Assembly: GCA_973895155.1 (NCBI GenBank) | Contig: OZ316899.1 | Span: 10,567,135-10,631,134 of the forward strand | Direction of reading: 5' to 3' | DNA from: Marsupella aquatica | Lineage: Eukaryota; Plantae; Marchantiophyta | DNA length: 64,000 bases | Shown here: piece after piece, positions 1 to 13,586 of the stretch | How positions within the stretch are numbered: the stretch's first letter is position 1 | How the letters are laid out: each line of letters starts with the position of its first letter | The notes under the pieces: generated by a model | Seen by the model: only the letters and a program-made list of their open reading frames with translations | Databases searched by the model: none | What the model was told of the DNA's origin: nothing | Made by a program: the position numbers and the translations under genes

Positions 1-282
1 CAAGGAAATGGATGGGGAAGACAGTTTTTGATTGCGACGCATGAAAATAACCCTAGTAAATGTAGTAAATATTGGATTCAGTTGTGCGTCTTCCCATGTT
101 GCTCCTGTGAGGATTTCTATAAGCGGCATTCGCATGGAAAGCCTTACATGTCTTGTAAACATATTCTTTGGGTTTACAAGAATGTTTACCATTTGAACCT
201 AGAGACTTCCGATGTAGTCAAGCAGCCTGTTTTAACTGTCACTGAAGTTTCCGATCTGATCCAAAGGGGAGTTGAGGTTTGA
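1..282 (+). CDS. C-terminal part of a SWIM zinc-finger protein, probably a DNA-transposon (MULE-like) ORF; 5' end outside the window
   Basis: Frame open from base 1; motif CxC-x(n)-CKH (CSCEDF...MSCKHILWV) is the SWIM signature. Confidence 0.65.
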   Translation, partial: QGNGWGRQFLIATHENNPSKCSKYWIQLCVFPCCSCEDFYKRHSHGKPYMSCKHILWVYKNVYHLNLETSDVVKQPVLTVTEVSDLIQRGVEV

Positions 283-1010
283 GATTGTCCAATTTAGAGT
301 GAGGTTTGGTTTTAATTTAAGGTTTTCATTGGTTTTTTATATATATTTAAGTACCGTTGGGAGTAGACGTTTTTTGTGCTGGTAGGAGACATGATATTTC
401 CACTCTATATGAAATGACCTTTAATTTATATATAAAACCAGATATTGGTTGATCAGTTTTGCTAGCGAGGTCGCTAGCTATATTTTTGGAAAAGTTTGTA
501 ACTGGTTGATGTTTGGACCCTGGTTTGTTACTCACTAAGAAAACAGTCATGTTGCCCCGATAAGGTTGGATATCATGTCTTTATAGACTTGGCTTTTTTA
601 ACAGTTGGCAGTTCTCCCTGAAATTACTGCCAACCTTGTAAGTTGGTTATGGTGCCAATTTTGTATGTTTATCTGAGATACCGATGACTCCCAATGTCCA
701 GACCCATATTCAAATTGAAAGTTAAACTCATTTCCAAGTGCTTTGGTGATGATCTTTATGTCTATTTCGGTGTCCGACTTGTTCTAAAAAAAAGTTACAT
801 TGACATACTTAACTCGAAAGGTTTATTAGGGAAATAGTAATGATTCAAATATGAACAGACTGTTGGATGGGTTTTTGCTAGCGAGGCTTGCTGTTACTAG
901 CGGCCAACAAGTTCAAACCTTGGTATGAGGAAAAAAAGACCCATTACAAGGAGTTTTTTTACTCGCAACAGCAAAAAAATTACTATTACGAGAAGATTTT
1001 TTCCTGTTTC
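1..1010 (+). mobile_element. Right end of a probable DNA transposon, apparently inserted in gag of gypsy C
   Basis: AT-rich stretch after the SWIM ORF switches abruptly to gag coding sequence at ~1007-1016; repeated TTTTGCTAGCGAGG motif (~457, ~873). Other end and TSD not visible. Confidence 0.35.
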
Positions 1011-1015
1011 CTCGC

Positions 1016-2728
1016 ATGGTAGTCATACCCGCGGTGAAAGAGTTCATGGTGCTGGCTGAGAAGGAGTTGAGTTCGACGGTGCGGACCATCATTGAGTTAG
1101 CTGAGGGCTGGGATGACTTTGACCAGAAGATGAAAGAGGAGTTCCAAGTGGAGGATGCTGATCGGGTCACGCGGGCTACCTTCTTGGATTGGGTGAATGA
1201 CAGGAACAAGAAGCTGAAGGGGCCGCAAGAGCTCCTAAGGGAGTTCAAGAGAAGGGTGTCTCAATTACCGAAGCGGGATGTGGGAATCATTGAGTTGCAG
1301 CGCTCGACGCTCTTCTTGAGGGCAGCCAATGAGGACCTTCGAGAGGAGCTTGAGAACACGATGGAGCTGCTGGAACCTTTGAGAGTTACCTTGTCTAACG
1401 ACTGGAACCAAGTTGAGAAAGCGGTGTCGAAAGTGAGCAATCAACACCGGTGGCGAGAGCTAGACAAGGAGGCTACCACTCTCGCCTAAGGCCGCCGAAA
1501 CCGATATTGAGGAAAGGGAAGCGAGAACCAGCAAAGGATGAGATCAAACCATCGGTGGATGATCTTGCGGAAATGATGCAAAACCTGAAGATCTTGGCGG
1601 CACATGCGGTCGAGAATCCAAAACCGAGGGTTGCTAGTGCTCCCGAGAGGAAGCGAGAGATGCAGAGGTGGCCATGCATGTGGTGCGACAGCAAAGAGCA
1701 TGACAAACGGGAGTGCCTGGACCTGAGGGAAGCTGCGGATAAAGGGCTGATCAAGTTCATCGGTGAAGTTTGCCGATACTGAAAAGCCGATTCCATTCAA
1801 CTCCAACAAGGGAGGCATGAAGGCTTTGGCTGAGAAGCGAGTTGGGAAGCGAGTCGAAGAGGCGTCCTCTTCGCACCTGGAAGCAAATGTTTACAATGTG
1901 GAGTTGGATGGCCCTGTGACAGAAACGGACAAGTTTTATAAGCGCTTGGTGGATCTGGTGCAAGAGAGATCCGGATGGAGTGACCCAATGCTGATCAATG
2001 CGATAACGGTTGAGGTTGGGGCTAGTTGGGATGCCTTAGTCGAGTCAAAAAGGAAGAAAACCAACGAGGATGACACTCTATCTCAATCAGGGGAACGAGA
2101 AAGGCGGGATACTCGAGACAAGGAAAGAAGGGTTAGGTTTGAAGAAGAGGAAATGAGCGAGAAAAAGCTGGAAAAAGGGAAACTGATCAGGAAGGACTTG
2201 GGCTGGGTGCTTGGCAGGGATGTGGACCAGGCCATGTACCCGGAGGTTGTAGCTGAGAAGTTCTGGACCCAACAGGCTCAAGGGTTTACCAATGCCGAGT
2301 TCTTTGGCAGTATGAGGCGGGAGATCCAGGAAGCGATATTGGAGAGATCCAAGAGGAAACGGATTTACAAAGAGGGCCCTCACACCTTGATGGGGGAGGT
2401 TGGCGAGACGGAAATTGGGAGTTTCCGAACTTACACTGCTGGGGCGTCCATGGGTTCAGGTAGTAAGCTTGCTGGCCCCAAAGAGTCAGACTTGGGGAAA
2501 CCAAAGAGGGTCAAGTCCCTTGAAGAGGAGCTCATGGACTTGGACGATGAGTTCTTTGATGCGGAAGAGGAGCTCATGGGAACCGGAAGCGAAGCTGAGT
2601 CTGTGGCAAACAGGGACCCGACTGAAGGGAAAGAGCAAGAAGGCATTACCGCGCAGTCGAGGACCATTCATGTCATGGGCTCAATGAAAGGAAACGGTTA
2701 TGCTTACCGAGATGGATACTGGGCTTGA
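1016..2728 (+). pseudogene. gag: gag of element C (frameshifted) with CCHC knuckle
   Basis: ORFs 1016-1489, 1450-1782 (CMWCDSKEHDKREC) and 1763-2728 in shifting frames. Confidence 0.8.
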
Positions 2729-2752
2729 GCAAGTCCGAAGAGCGAGTGCCAG

Positions 2753-3850
2753 TTGGAAGGAATGGAAGGCAAGGTGCAGACGCTCATTGATACTGGCTCG
2801 GAGATCAACTTGATGGATCCAAAGGTGTTTCAAAAGGGAAATTGGCCGGTGGATAATGAGTTGCTTTGGAGTGTGAACTTGGTGAGTTCAATGAAGGACT
2901 ATCTTTGGGGTGGATATCCGAATGTGATGGTGAAGTTCGGGAATGTCAAGCAGGCTTGTAACATTTTTGTTCATGAGCACTTGTCATTTTTGGTGATACT
3001 AGGCATGTCGTTCATCACTGAATGGAGGATGGAGACAAAGGTTTTGGATGATACTACCTTCATGGTGAAGGTTCGGAGCAAAGATGGGAAAGAGGTGGTT
3101 CAATTTTTGGCTGTTTTACCTGGAAATGAGAGGAATAGGAAAGGGTTGAGGACCGGGAGTGCCGACTCTGGTCCAGGTCCGGAAACGACTTGGCACTTCG
3201 CTGAAAAGAGTGGATCGGCGGAGTGCTCGTTCCTTAGCTCCTTGTGAAGGGGAAAACACGATGGATAATGGAGAGGATGAGCCACTCGAATGTGCAGAGT
3301 CTAACTTGGGAAGGGACAAGCTGGAGAAGGAGTTGGAAAGGCAGTACTTGTCTATGGCCATGCTTGTATACTCAAGTACCAAATACAAGACGGTCGACAA
3401 GAAGGTGAGGCCGGCGACGATACCTTTGCCGGACAATGCGATGGAGGTTATGGATTGAGCAAGATTGGAACCAAGGCTGAGGCCAACTGATCGGATAGGG
3501 CATAAATTTACTCAAGAGAGTTTGGTGAAGCTTAAGATTGGTTCGGATGGGTTGCTTACGGAGGTGGAGCAAGTGGCATTTTGAAAGATGATAATGGAGC
3601 ATGGCAAGGCATTCTCGTTTTTGATTGAGGAGATTGGTTGTGCGGATCCGAGTAAGGTGACACCGATGGTCATCTTTACTGTCCCTCATGTTCCGTGGGA
3701 TCTGAAACCGATTTTGGTTCCACGGGCTTTAGCTCCGAAGCTTGCAGAACTGCTTAAGGAGAAGCTGAGTGCTAGGATTCTCGAGAGGTCTGATGCTCCC
3801 TACTCGAACAGATGGCTTACAGTGAGAAAGAAGAATGGAAGCTTGAGGTT
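2753..3850 (+). pseudogene. pol: Aspartic protease and RT N-terminus of element C
   Basis: LIDTGSEIN protease motif; VPHVPW...YSNRW..VRKKNGSLRF RT start; internal stops. Confidence 0.88.
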
Positions 3851-4743
3851 TGTGGTGCATCCCATGGCTCCTTGAACCCAAGAAACCCTCCTCCACAAGC
3901 CGATTCCCGCAGGTTTCACTCTTGGGGAGGCCGGTTTTGTGGCTTAGCGGCATGGGACGCTGCTAACTTCGACTAACATTTGACACACATATACTGGACA
4001 GATCCTTCATTGGGTCATGAGATGTGAAGCCGGCCTCTTCTATGCCTTCCATTGTCCTCCTCTCCTGGTCTCCCTTTAGGTATGTTTGGATTCCGCCGCC
4101 GGAATGATCCCCTACTGGCTTGGGTAAGCCGCTAAGACCTCTTTCAACTCAACACATCCAACTCTTACTACCTTGCTTACTCCCTTCTTGGTTGATGTGG
4201 GCAATCTTCAAACAAGTTAATGCGACACACAAATAGCAAAAATGACTCCTTCTGACCGAGTTATACCATGCACTTGCCATACAAACAGTACTTCTCATAC
4301 ACAAGATCTGCAAACTAAGCCGTGAGGCCAACTCTATTCATCTCTTAAGTATGAGGAAACATGAATATACACACGGGTCACAGCATAACTAACCGAGAGC
4401 TTCTTTAACTACTTGATCCCAGCCCTGCTGGTGCACTAAAAACTTGCTAAGGAAGAAGGCCCTCAACCCCCCCGCTGCCCAGGTACTTATCCAGGCAGTG
4501 GATCCGCCCAATTCCTTGCAGCGTAAGCCTAAGCTAACCTGACCGTAATCTACCTATGTACAGCGAGGCAGGAGCACAAGTGTTGCTCTTACCAGTGGAT
4601 CCGCAATCCCACTAAGCTAAGTGTCAGGGCCGCCTCTTGGTCCTGATCCTAATTCTAACGTTGAAGATATGAGCCCGCCCTGCCCACTCACGCCTCCTCC
4701 CTCCACGTCCGCCCTCCTTAAAAGGAGCAGCCCTCCACCACCG

Positions 4744-5388
4744 TCATGGTAGTGGTGGCTGATCCTCAATGGACGCCCCCAACACTTCCTCCGTAACCAC
4801 TACCGTAGGTCCGTCCTCTGACAGATTACCTGCTCCAGACCAAGTCAACTCTCCATCGGCCTGACTGGGTCCACCCTCGGCTTTGGCCTCAGCATCGGCC
4901 ACGGCCTCCGATATGGTTACGGCTTCTACGGCCTGTTCTAGTGGTGGATTCGGTACACCGGCTTCATCACTGAGCATTCCGGCTTCGCCCTTGCCATCCC
5001 CGCCTTGTAGGACAGTTGGATCCTCTGTCGTGACCCTGCTTGAGGTTGGTGTCGGGTTTACCTCCTTGGTCACGATGGCTTGAGGAGCCGTGTTACTCCC
5101 CGACCCAAAAGGTTTTCGCTTTTTCTTCTTCCTTGTTTTGGCAACTGGTCCCTTCCCCTTGCCACTTACCTCCGGCACCGGTGCGAGTGCCTTGGCTTGT
5201 CCTTCGGCCAGTACTACTCCTGGCAACTTGGTTGCCCCTATTGGAGTTGGACTTGAGGAAGCCAAGCACTTAAATACTGCGGCCTGTTTTTTTAGCCGCT
5301 CCGTTTGGTTGTCGGCTCGCCGCTGTAAGTTCTCCATCTTCCGCGTGCTTTCATCCAACTCCTCCTACAATTCGTCCAGGTCCTTGCG
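4744..5388 (-). pseudogene. C-terminal part of the LTR-encoded protein in A1
   Basis: MENLQRRADNQTERLKKQAAVFKC...ASIEDQPPLP matches the C-terminus of the 1210-aa ORF in A4. Confidence 0.85.
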
Positions 5389-5519
5389 TGTGGCACATTT
5401 CCCAAGACCTCTAACCCCAAGAACTACCCTCAACCAATCATAAACCACTTGTTTATGTCCGTCCTCTTGCCTTATGGCAGCTATTCGGCTTGGAAACGCG
5501 ATACTCTCCTTCGATCCAC
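5389..5519 (-). repeat. Terminal (U5) 131 bp of the 3' LTR of B, cut off by CACTA-1
   Basis: Matches 21969-22099 and 42486-42616 with 6 substitutions. Confidence 0.9.
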
Positions 5520-5549
5520 CACTAGTAGAAACCGGGGGGTATTTAGACC

Positions 5550-5860
5550 CCATTAAACGACTATTCAGTACCGTATAGGACTTGGAAACGACTGGGAAGG
5601 ACTCTAGTCCTTTATAGGACTGCGAGTCGTATGTTTTGTTACTATAATCAACTGAGTCCTTTATAGAACTGGTTTATAAGTCGTTTAATAGACTGGATTT
5701 TCAGTCTATTTTAGTCTTTGTGTGGGTAGCTTTGGTGAGTCGTTTTTAGTCTTTTATGGGCTGCGATGATGAGTCGTTGGGAACGACTAAAAAGGTTATG
5801 GAGGGTAGTCTTTAAATATACTTTGTGGGGTATGTATAAGTCTTTTATGTCAACTGGATA
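5550..5860. repeat. CACTA-1 subterminal repeats (direct and inverted GACT/AGTC motifs)
   Basis: AAACGACT, GGACTCTAGTCC, GGACTGCGAGTCG and TAGTCTTT recur next to the TIR. Confidence 0.75.
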
Positions 5861-6345
5861 TGAGTGATGAAGACCCCACTATACTACTTGGAATGAACCC
5901 ACTCTTGTGCACAAATAACATATTGCATTCATGTTTTATTGTGTACTTGGAATGAACTCACTCTATAAGTTCACCATTCATCATGTTAACATTAGAATAC
6001 ATAGTTTCAGAAAGCCATCTTCTATACCATGTACACTAATATGAATTCACAGATTCAAACTTCATAGACTACAAAGAAGGTCACAAAGTATTCCTCTATA
6101 CCATACACACTAATACTGAAATGATAAAATAGATTCAAGTATCATAGACAATCACCATAGAGCCATAGTTTGACATCAATCACTTGTTTCATACATACAG
6201 AATTCAGAAATATCAATGTCACACACAACGTCTCCTTCATCCTCTTTACCAAATGGAAAAATTGGTACAGATATTTCTTGGATCTTTCCAAGGCAATGTC
6301 AAAATGTGACACAATTCACATGATGCTATCTACACTTGCATTCAG

Positions 6346-9300
6346 TCACTGCAGACTAACACACTCTGATGGCCAGAGCACAAGAGATCCTACTGCATCT
6401 GCAATTATTTCCTGAGGTGGATCATCGTCTCTATTCGGAAATGGCAAATTACAATCAGATACAATCACTGTAGTCAACAACACTACTACATGGTCATCCG
6501 GGACCACTTTGCCATGGAATTTTGCATGATCCGGTCGCAAAATGCCTGTACCCACACATACCTGCGAGTCATCCTCCCATGATAGAAGATTATGGACTGG
6601 CTCTGCTGTGGCTATCACCTCCACCTTACCCTGGCTGTTTTTCTTGGCTTTCCTGGGTGGCTTATACATGACATTATTCATACCTTGGTTGCGAGTCATG
6701 ACTTTGGCACGAGTGTTTTGTGCTGGTGATCGAGAATTGACTACACTCTTCTTCAAAGAATCTGCATCCATATTTGACACTTCTGATTGTGTAGCAGGAT
6801 TTCCCTGCGACATCATCTCAGTATCTGCCAACATTGTACTTGCTTCAATTGAAGCATCTACAATCTTACTTGCATCCAATGTTGCTCCCAAGTTTCGACG
6901 TCGCTTCACCCTACTCCCACTTGGTTGAGAGTCTGTCAACTCTGCATCAACTACAATTCAGTGTCATGTCCAACATAAGTCAATCACTCATCACATGTGC
7001 TAAATGTACATGTCACCAACCACAAAGTTGTCACTATCTCCTTACCATTATGAACAGCCTTCTTCCCCTTCTTTGCCATTGCCATATGCTCCATGTCTGC
7101 TTCTGTTGATCAATAAACACACCACAATATTCAGGTTGAATCTATTAACCACTGAATTGTTGCTCAACATTCATATAGAGGAATTTAAAGCATCAGCTTA
7201 CCTGATACCTCCTTGGCTATGGTCACTGAGGCACTGGGCACATCTTCTTCATTATTGCTCTTTGAATCACCTGATACATCAATCATGATGTCACTTCAGA
7301 TCCCAGTTCATCCAACCAGTTCTTACAGAAAAGATTACCTCCAACCGGCTTAAGCTTCACAAAACTCCATGCACTTTTCAAATGTAATGTATTGGATCAT
7401 AGCAGGTTACCTGTCTCAGCAACCTTCTTGCCCTTCTGCTTACTGATTACAGGGTCCTTCTCTGCCTCCACTCTTCCTGCATTCAAACCATTCACTCAAT
7501 TCATGAAAACTTACTTCTAACATTTGAACATAGGACACAATGAACAATGGGCCGGTGTCATTTCCATACCTGTGTCAGATTTGCCAATTCCCTTTTTTGT
7601 TAACAAGGGCACACTTTGTACAATGTTGCCCTCATTGTTTGGTTGGGAACCACCCAATTTTTCAATCACAAGCTTGAAATTAGATTCCACTGATGCAAGA
7701 AGGTTCGCTACAGATGCCTCCACAATATCCAAACGATCAGCCAATTTACTTTCCACTCGAGGGAGTCCACACTCTAATGACTTCAACCGTTCACACATCT
7801 CTGTGAGAGTTGTAACAGTTCCCTGTCATAACACAGCTTACATATCTCAGATAACTGTCCCCAAGAACTGGTTGCTTACTTCCTACTACATTTCTTTCTG
7901 ATGCTCAAGGCCAAATAGTCACAGAACATACAGAATTACAACATAATCACCTGTTTGGAAGTTACACTTGTCACCTCACTCCTTTGTTTCATGAACTCCT
8001 CTCTCACTTCTTGTGCTGATGGTTCTTCACCTGTCAATTTCTTCTGCAGTCCACATCAACATACATATGAATGAAACCAAGTGTTGATTGTCAATGAAAA
8101 TGTAATAATGGTAGCAAGATGATAAGTTTGAGGCTTACTATCAGGCATGTCACTGCCTTACCAATTGTTCTTTCACTGGAGCATAACTTCCTCTCCCAGC
8201 CTGTGAAAGGTGTTTCACTTTGCCTCGAGCATTTGACATCAGTTCACTCTTGCTCTGTCCAGCCTCCGACATGAACCCTTTGATTAACCGTGTCCATTGA
8301 TCCAGTTCCAATGATGGGGGTGGTGGCATTCTCCTGTTAGAACCATTGTCTATCCACATCCTTTTCAACCTATGCCTCTCTTGTTTCAAAATCCTCATTG
8401 CATAATCTGATATGCAATCTTCAACTGGGCCCTTACCATCATTACCAACATACTCCCACCGTTCAAGAATGTCCTTGCAGATAGCAGCCCAATCAGCTTT
8501 GTTCTGACTCCTAAACTCTGTAATGCTCAAATCTAACCAACGCAATACTTCTCCTCTTAGGTCAGAATGCCAACGGTTCTTACCATCACATGTGGGAGTT
8601 ATCCAACCTTCAGAATTCACTTCTACTTTACCAAATTTGTTACTGTCTCCTGCCTTGGTACTCCCTGAAGCGCTACTAGGTGTCCCTCCACGGCCTGGTG
8701 TCCCCCCACGGCCTGGGGTCCCTCCACGGCCTGATCTCCCCCCACGGCCTGGATTGCATTGTCCAAACCTCCCTGGAGTCCCTGCACATTTACAGGATCC
8801 ATTTACAGTCACTTACATTAGGTAAGTATGAATCATAAATCCCGCTGCCAAATATACAGTGGACTTCAGAGCAATTCTGCAATGACCAAGTTACCTCTCC
8901 CTTGGCGCATAGATGGTTCTGGACCACCTGTCCTATTGCTTTGTCTTGATGAATTAGGGGCGTTTCTCCCGCCTGTGAATGATTGCCTCCTATCTGAACG
9001 TGGATGGCCTTTGTTGTTTTCGTGATTGTCCCAATCAGAGTCTGCATACCAACAGGTACATGCCACACTCATGGACCTGTAAGATAAACTCTTTGCCCTA
9101 GCTACACATCAGATAAGTGCATATTGAGCTAAATCTCTACTATCATCACAAAATCACTAGCACAAGGCACTTACTTGTCCAATCCTCCTCCTCACCTTTC
9201 CATTGCCCTCTGTACCCGTCTCTACCACGCTCTGGGTGTTCATATTCATCCCATCCATCTTCTGCTCCATCATAGTCATCATCATAATTATCAGGCGTCC

Positions 9301-9517
9301 CTTGCCAATAACTCTGGCTCCTTCTAGGGTATGGATTATGTGATTTCTCTCTAGCTGCCCACCTACCTGGGACTTGATGAGGGCCCTGTGCATCTTGCAC
9401 AGGTGCATTTTTCTGTGAGCCCCCTGCATCTGGGTCTCCATCCATATCCAATCTTTCCTCTTCACCCCACTCTCCAAGCCCCATGTCTGTCTCCATGTCA
9501 TCACCCTCTTCCCCCAT
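6346..9517 (-). CDS. TnpA-like (Ptta/En/Spm) multi-exon protein of CACTA-1; exon boundaries approximate
   Basis: 8150-8812 ends PPP..LDQWTRLI..F.SE...KSE.MS.AR (Transposase_24-like); last exon FHGK..PDD...LPFP...AVGSLVLWP (TNP1 C-terminal domain); GT-AG introns between exons. Confidence 0.75.
8679..8750 (-). repeat. 18-bp tandem repeat x4 encoding GRGG(T/R)(P/S)
   Basis: GGTGTCCC(T/C)CCACGGCCT units seen directly. Confidence 0.9.
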
Positions 9518-9694
9518 AGCTTCTGCACAGCACCCACAACCAAACAGGGAGAATCAGCACACTAAATTCAAAGTATCAATCAATTTCATGCATATCCAAC
9601 TATCCTAAACATCATTCCAGGCAGCAATTCCCGTTATGTGACTCTGTGCAGGTAGTCATCCTCAACCTCATACTTGCCAATCGCCAGCTGTTGC

Positions 9695-12600
9695 CTATTG
9701 CAAATCATCAACCTCATCATATTCCATTTGCCCAGGTTCATCATATGTCTCTCTCAATGTTAAGGGGATGTAGTCAGTCCCTGCCCGAGTTGGAAGTACA
9801 GTCTCATGACTAGGATGCTCGAATGCAGCATGGTCATCCAAACTGAACTCTACTTTACTTCCATCCATCCGCCTGTTCCGTGCTTGGCTATGGCATACCA
9901 CCCTCCAGCCATGTGACTCCTCCACATCTGCAAAGAAAGCCTGTTCAACTTGGCTAGGGAAAACAAAAGGCTCAGACCATTCTGGTACTCTGGACCTAAA
10001 ATTGGCCAACAAGAACCCATCATGATCACGCTTCATGGTGGCCCTTGGTCTCTGCCACTCTGATTTCACCCATGATCCCTTCATCAATATCACTGGGACA
10101 CTTGTGTTACCATAATTCAACACCCAAATGTCGGTCAACTCCCCCACGTAACCCATCTTCATCCACCCCCTCTGTTCTTCAGAGGTTCTCTGCTCAAACA
10201 CAGAAATCAAACCACAATCATATGATACACAATGGTCACCCTGCTCATCCCTCACTCGATAATGATTTCCATAAGCTCTCATCCGTTTGTAGGTCAGAAT
10301 AGACAATCGTGGTGGCACAGATAGAAGATACAAATCCTTCTCCATATCTGGGTGATGTCTACTATGCTCTCGAATTGTCACCCGAATCCACTGCTCGAAC
10401 TGTGGGAAGGGATCCTGCTGCCCAGAGTGTGCAGCTTTTTGCATATCATATTCCCTGCATTATGAGGTACAGGCATAGTTAGGTCTAAACAACACATGAC
10501 AACCTAAGATCACCCTTGGAACAGACAAGAAGCATCACAACAAAGGCAAGTCAATTCAATCACTCACCTCCACCATGGTTGCATAGGCTCTGTGTTTGCC
10601 AGCACATATGAATGAGCCTTGTCTCGAATCGCAACAGGCAGCTGAACAACACGTCCCACACCTTCAACAACCTCGCCACTCACTCCATCATCTTCACCAG
10701 ATTTCCAAACTCTTGTCATAGCTTCACCAGACCCAGCCATGTACTCTGTTAGGAATCCCAACGTCTCATCCTTAATGTACCCCAATGCCATGGAAGCCTC
10801 TGGCCTGTAGTATGTTCTCACATGACCTTTCAACAACTTCATGTATCGCTCCATAGGGTACATCCATCTGGTACTGACTGGCCCATACTGCCCTAGCTCT
10901 TCTACCACATGGATTAGGAGATGAGTCATAACATCAAAGAAAGCAGGGGGGAAGTATATCTCCAAGTCACAGAGGACATAAGCAGCATCCTGCTTCAACT
11001 GCTCCAATCCTTGGGGATCCCACACTTTCACACATATACGGCGAAATACATTGCACAGTCGAAGAATGACATTACGGACTGGTTTCTGCATGAGACCTCT
11101 GAGGCATAGGGGCAGAATGTGCTGCATCAACACATGGTAGTCATGTGTTTTCATACTGCCAAGTTTATTCTTTGTAATATGCTTCTTGAAGGCACCAGCA
11201 TAGCCAGAGGGCACTTTCAGACAGCTCAATCTATACAAGAATGTCTTCCATTCATCCTGTGTGCACACATAGGGAGCTTGGAACTTGAGAAGTACATTGG
11301 GATTGCTTGCATGGGGCTTCAACCAAAGGTGAGGGCGAATCCCCTTCTGTTGCATATCAGCTCGAACTGCTCCTGTATCTTTCTCACCCGACAAGAACTT
11401 CAGCAAGCTCTCACAAATATTTTTCTCAATGTGCATGACGTCCACATTGTGTTTGCTGGGCTCGAATTCCTGCACTCCACAAAGCAAAGAATTCAACAAC
11501 AGAAACACTAATTAACCACATAGGAGGATTGTAACCAACATCAATCCACCATTGCTCCAATCTAAAATTGCAATCATACAGGGGCTGGAGGCTAAGTACA
11601 TTACCCTCCAGTACTCCAACTCCAAGTCCATCAAGGTCTGTCTTTTCACACCGTGTTTCACCACTGGATCCTCAGGTTCTCGATCAGTGGCACTTCTCTT
11701 GTCCCAATCAGCCTTCCTGGCTGCCCACCTCAGGACTTGCTCTCTGGTGACCCTCTGTGGTGGGCCACGAAGCTCTGTTTTGTTGTTGAAGTGTGCAATT
11801 TGAGACCGTGTGTGCCTGTAAGGATGATCAACAGGCAGATACCTTCTATGCCCCTGAAATTTCATACTGTGCAGGGCATGCGACCACTCACTTGTCACAT
11901 TTTTCCCACATGGTGTGCACCCCACATAGCCCTTTGTCACTCGTCCAGATATGATGCCATGGCCTGGGTAATCTGCTATATCCAGCAAACAAATTGCATG
12001 CAGTCTAAAGGGGCTGGGTCGAAGAAGCCCCTTCAGAACATCATGGGTTAACACCCCTTCTATCCACAAAGTCTTCCACTCTTCCACTGCTGGAGCCAAC
12101 ATGATATCTATGAATTGCTCGGTCACAGAAGCTGGTCCAGGGATTAACAGCACCATCATGACAAAAAACCTCTTTGTAGTCATCCATGGGGGAAGGTTGT
12201 AATTTAGCAGCGTAACCGGCCAACATGAATAACGGTTGTTTTTGTCTCCAAATGGGTTTACTCCATCCAGTGATAGACCAAATCGAAAGTTCCGCTTCTC
12301 TGCAGCAAACTGTGGCCACCTCTCATCAACAAATTTCCAATGGTTGGAATCTCCAATGTGACGCTGCAGGCCATCACTGCTCTTGTTATCAGGAGTCCAT
12401 GTCATCAGCTTGGAAATGGCAGGGCATCTAAACAGACGTTGTAGTCTAGGAATGAGAGGAAAATGACGAAGAACCTTGGCAGGGTGTGTACATTTCCCTA
12501 CATTCTTGTACCTGTGCTTACCACAATGAGGGCATGTCAATTTATCTGCATGCTCTTTGCGAAAGAGAACACACCCATCAGGGCATGCGTCAATAGACAC

Positions 12601-13260
12601 ATAGTTCAGCCCAAGGTTAGACATCAATTTCCTAGCCTCGTACATATTTTTTGGAATTGAATTACCATCTGGTAACACATTTCGGCGCAGGAAGGTCAAC
12701 AACTCTGTCACAAATATATTGGGAACATTGTGAATGTCAAAGTCAGGTTGAGCTTGGCCGTCGCCAATGTGTGGCTGCGGTTCATTGTCCTCTTCTGATT
12801 CCACTGTGTCGTAAAAAGCATCAAGGTCTTCAAAAATCTCTTGAACCATTCTTGGGACATCCATCCCACCGTCCTCAGTGATTGCCTCTGCATCTCCATC
12901 TTGGTCATCTACGTTCTCATGTTGGACCCCAGGACCATCCTCTGCACAGTCTATGTCCTGCTCTACATAGTCTCTACGCCTAGCTGTATTAGAATCCACA
13001 AAGTCAGCTCTCCACTCTTCATCAGAGGAGTCTTCTTCTGCTGGTACATTCCAAACCCTCCACCGAGGGTGCCTTTCATGCCGCAGCAGGTGAAGGTGCA
13101 TAGTGTTCAAACTCAACGACTTGAATCCTTGGCACTGTGTGCATGGGCATCTCATCCTCCTACTCCTACCTTGGGCGGCCCGGGCTTGTTCACGCATCCA
13201 CAATTTAGAATCATGATGCCTAATCCTAAATGGGTTGTGAAGAGGCAACCTTGGAGCCAT
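9695..13260 (-). CDS. TnpD-like CACTA transposase, 3 exons (13260-11605, 11469-10568, 10454-9695)
   Basis: CPC..C, IDACPDGC, LSLDGVNPF, DVMHIEKNI, FFDVMTHL, WMYPMER, EPFVFPSQVEQ motifs; GT/AG sites keep the frame. Confidence 0.9.
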
Positions 13261-13586
13261 CACTATACACACGCACTCAGCACCCTGTCATTTTATTATG
13301 CAAGTGAAAAATACACTTCCTATTAAGGATTTCACCCCCGACTGTACTTGCCAAAATACGTAACGTTCCAAAAAAACAAAAAAACAACAAATATAGGTGC
13401 CTAAGTCATGTACCTATTCTCAAGTGAATGAGACAAAATTCCTAAATGTTTGAGGGTGTCAACTCCTCCGCTGTCCTCACATGTACTGCCTCTGCACGTA
13501 CATCCATGACCATATCAGAGTCCAATCATGTATAGTCATAGACACAGGTGCCAGGTGCGAGACCGGTGTGAGATGTCCTCATCTTA

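Noticed and set aside
5550-5970. CRISPR-like spaced repeats
   Set aside because: Short degenerate motifs in both orientations beside a CACTA TIR in eukaryotic DNA; these are subterminal repeats.
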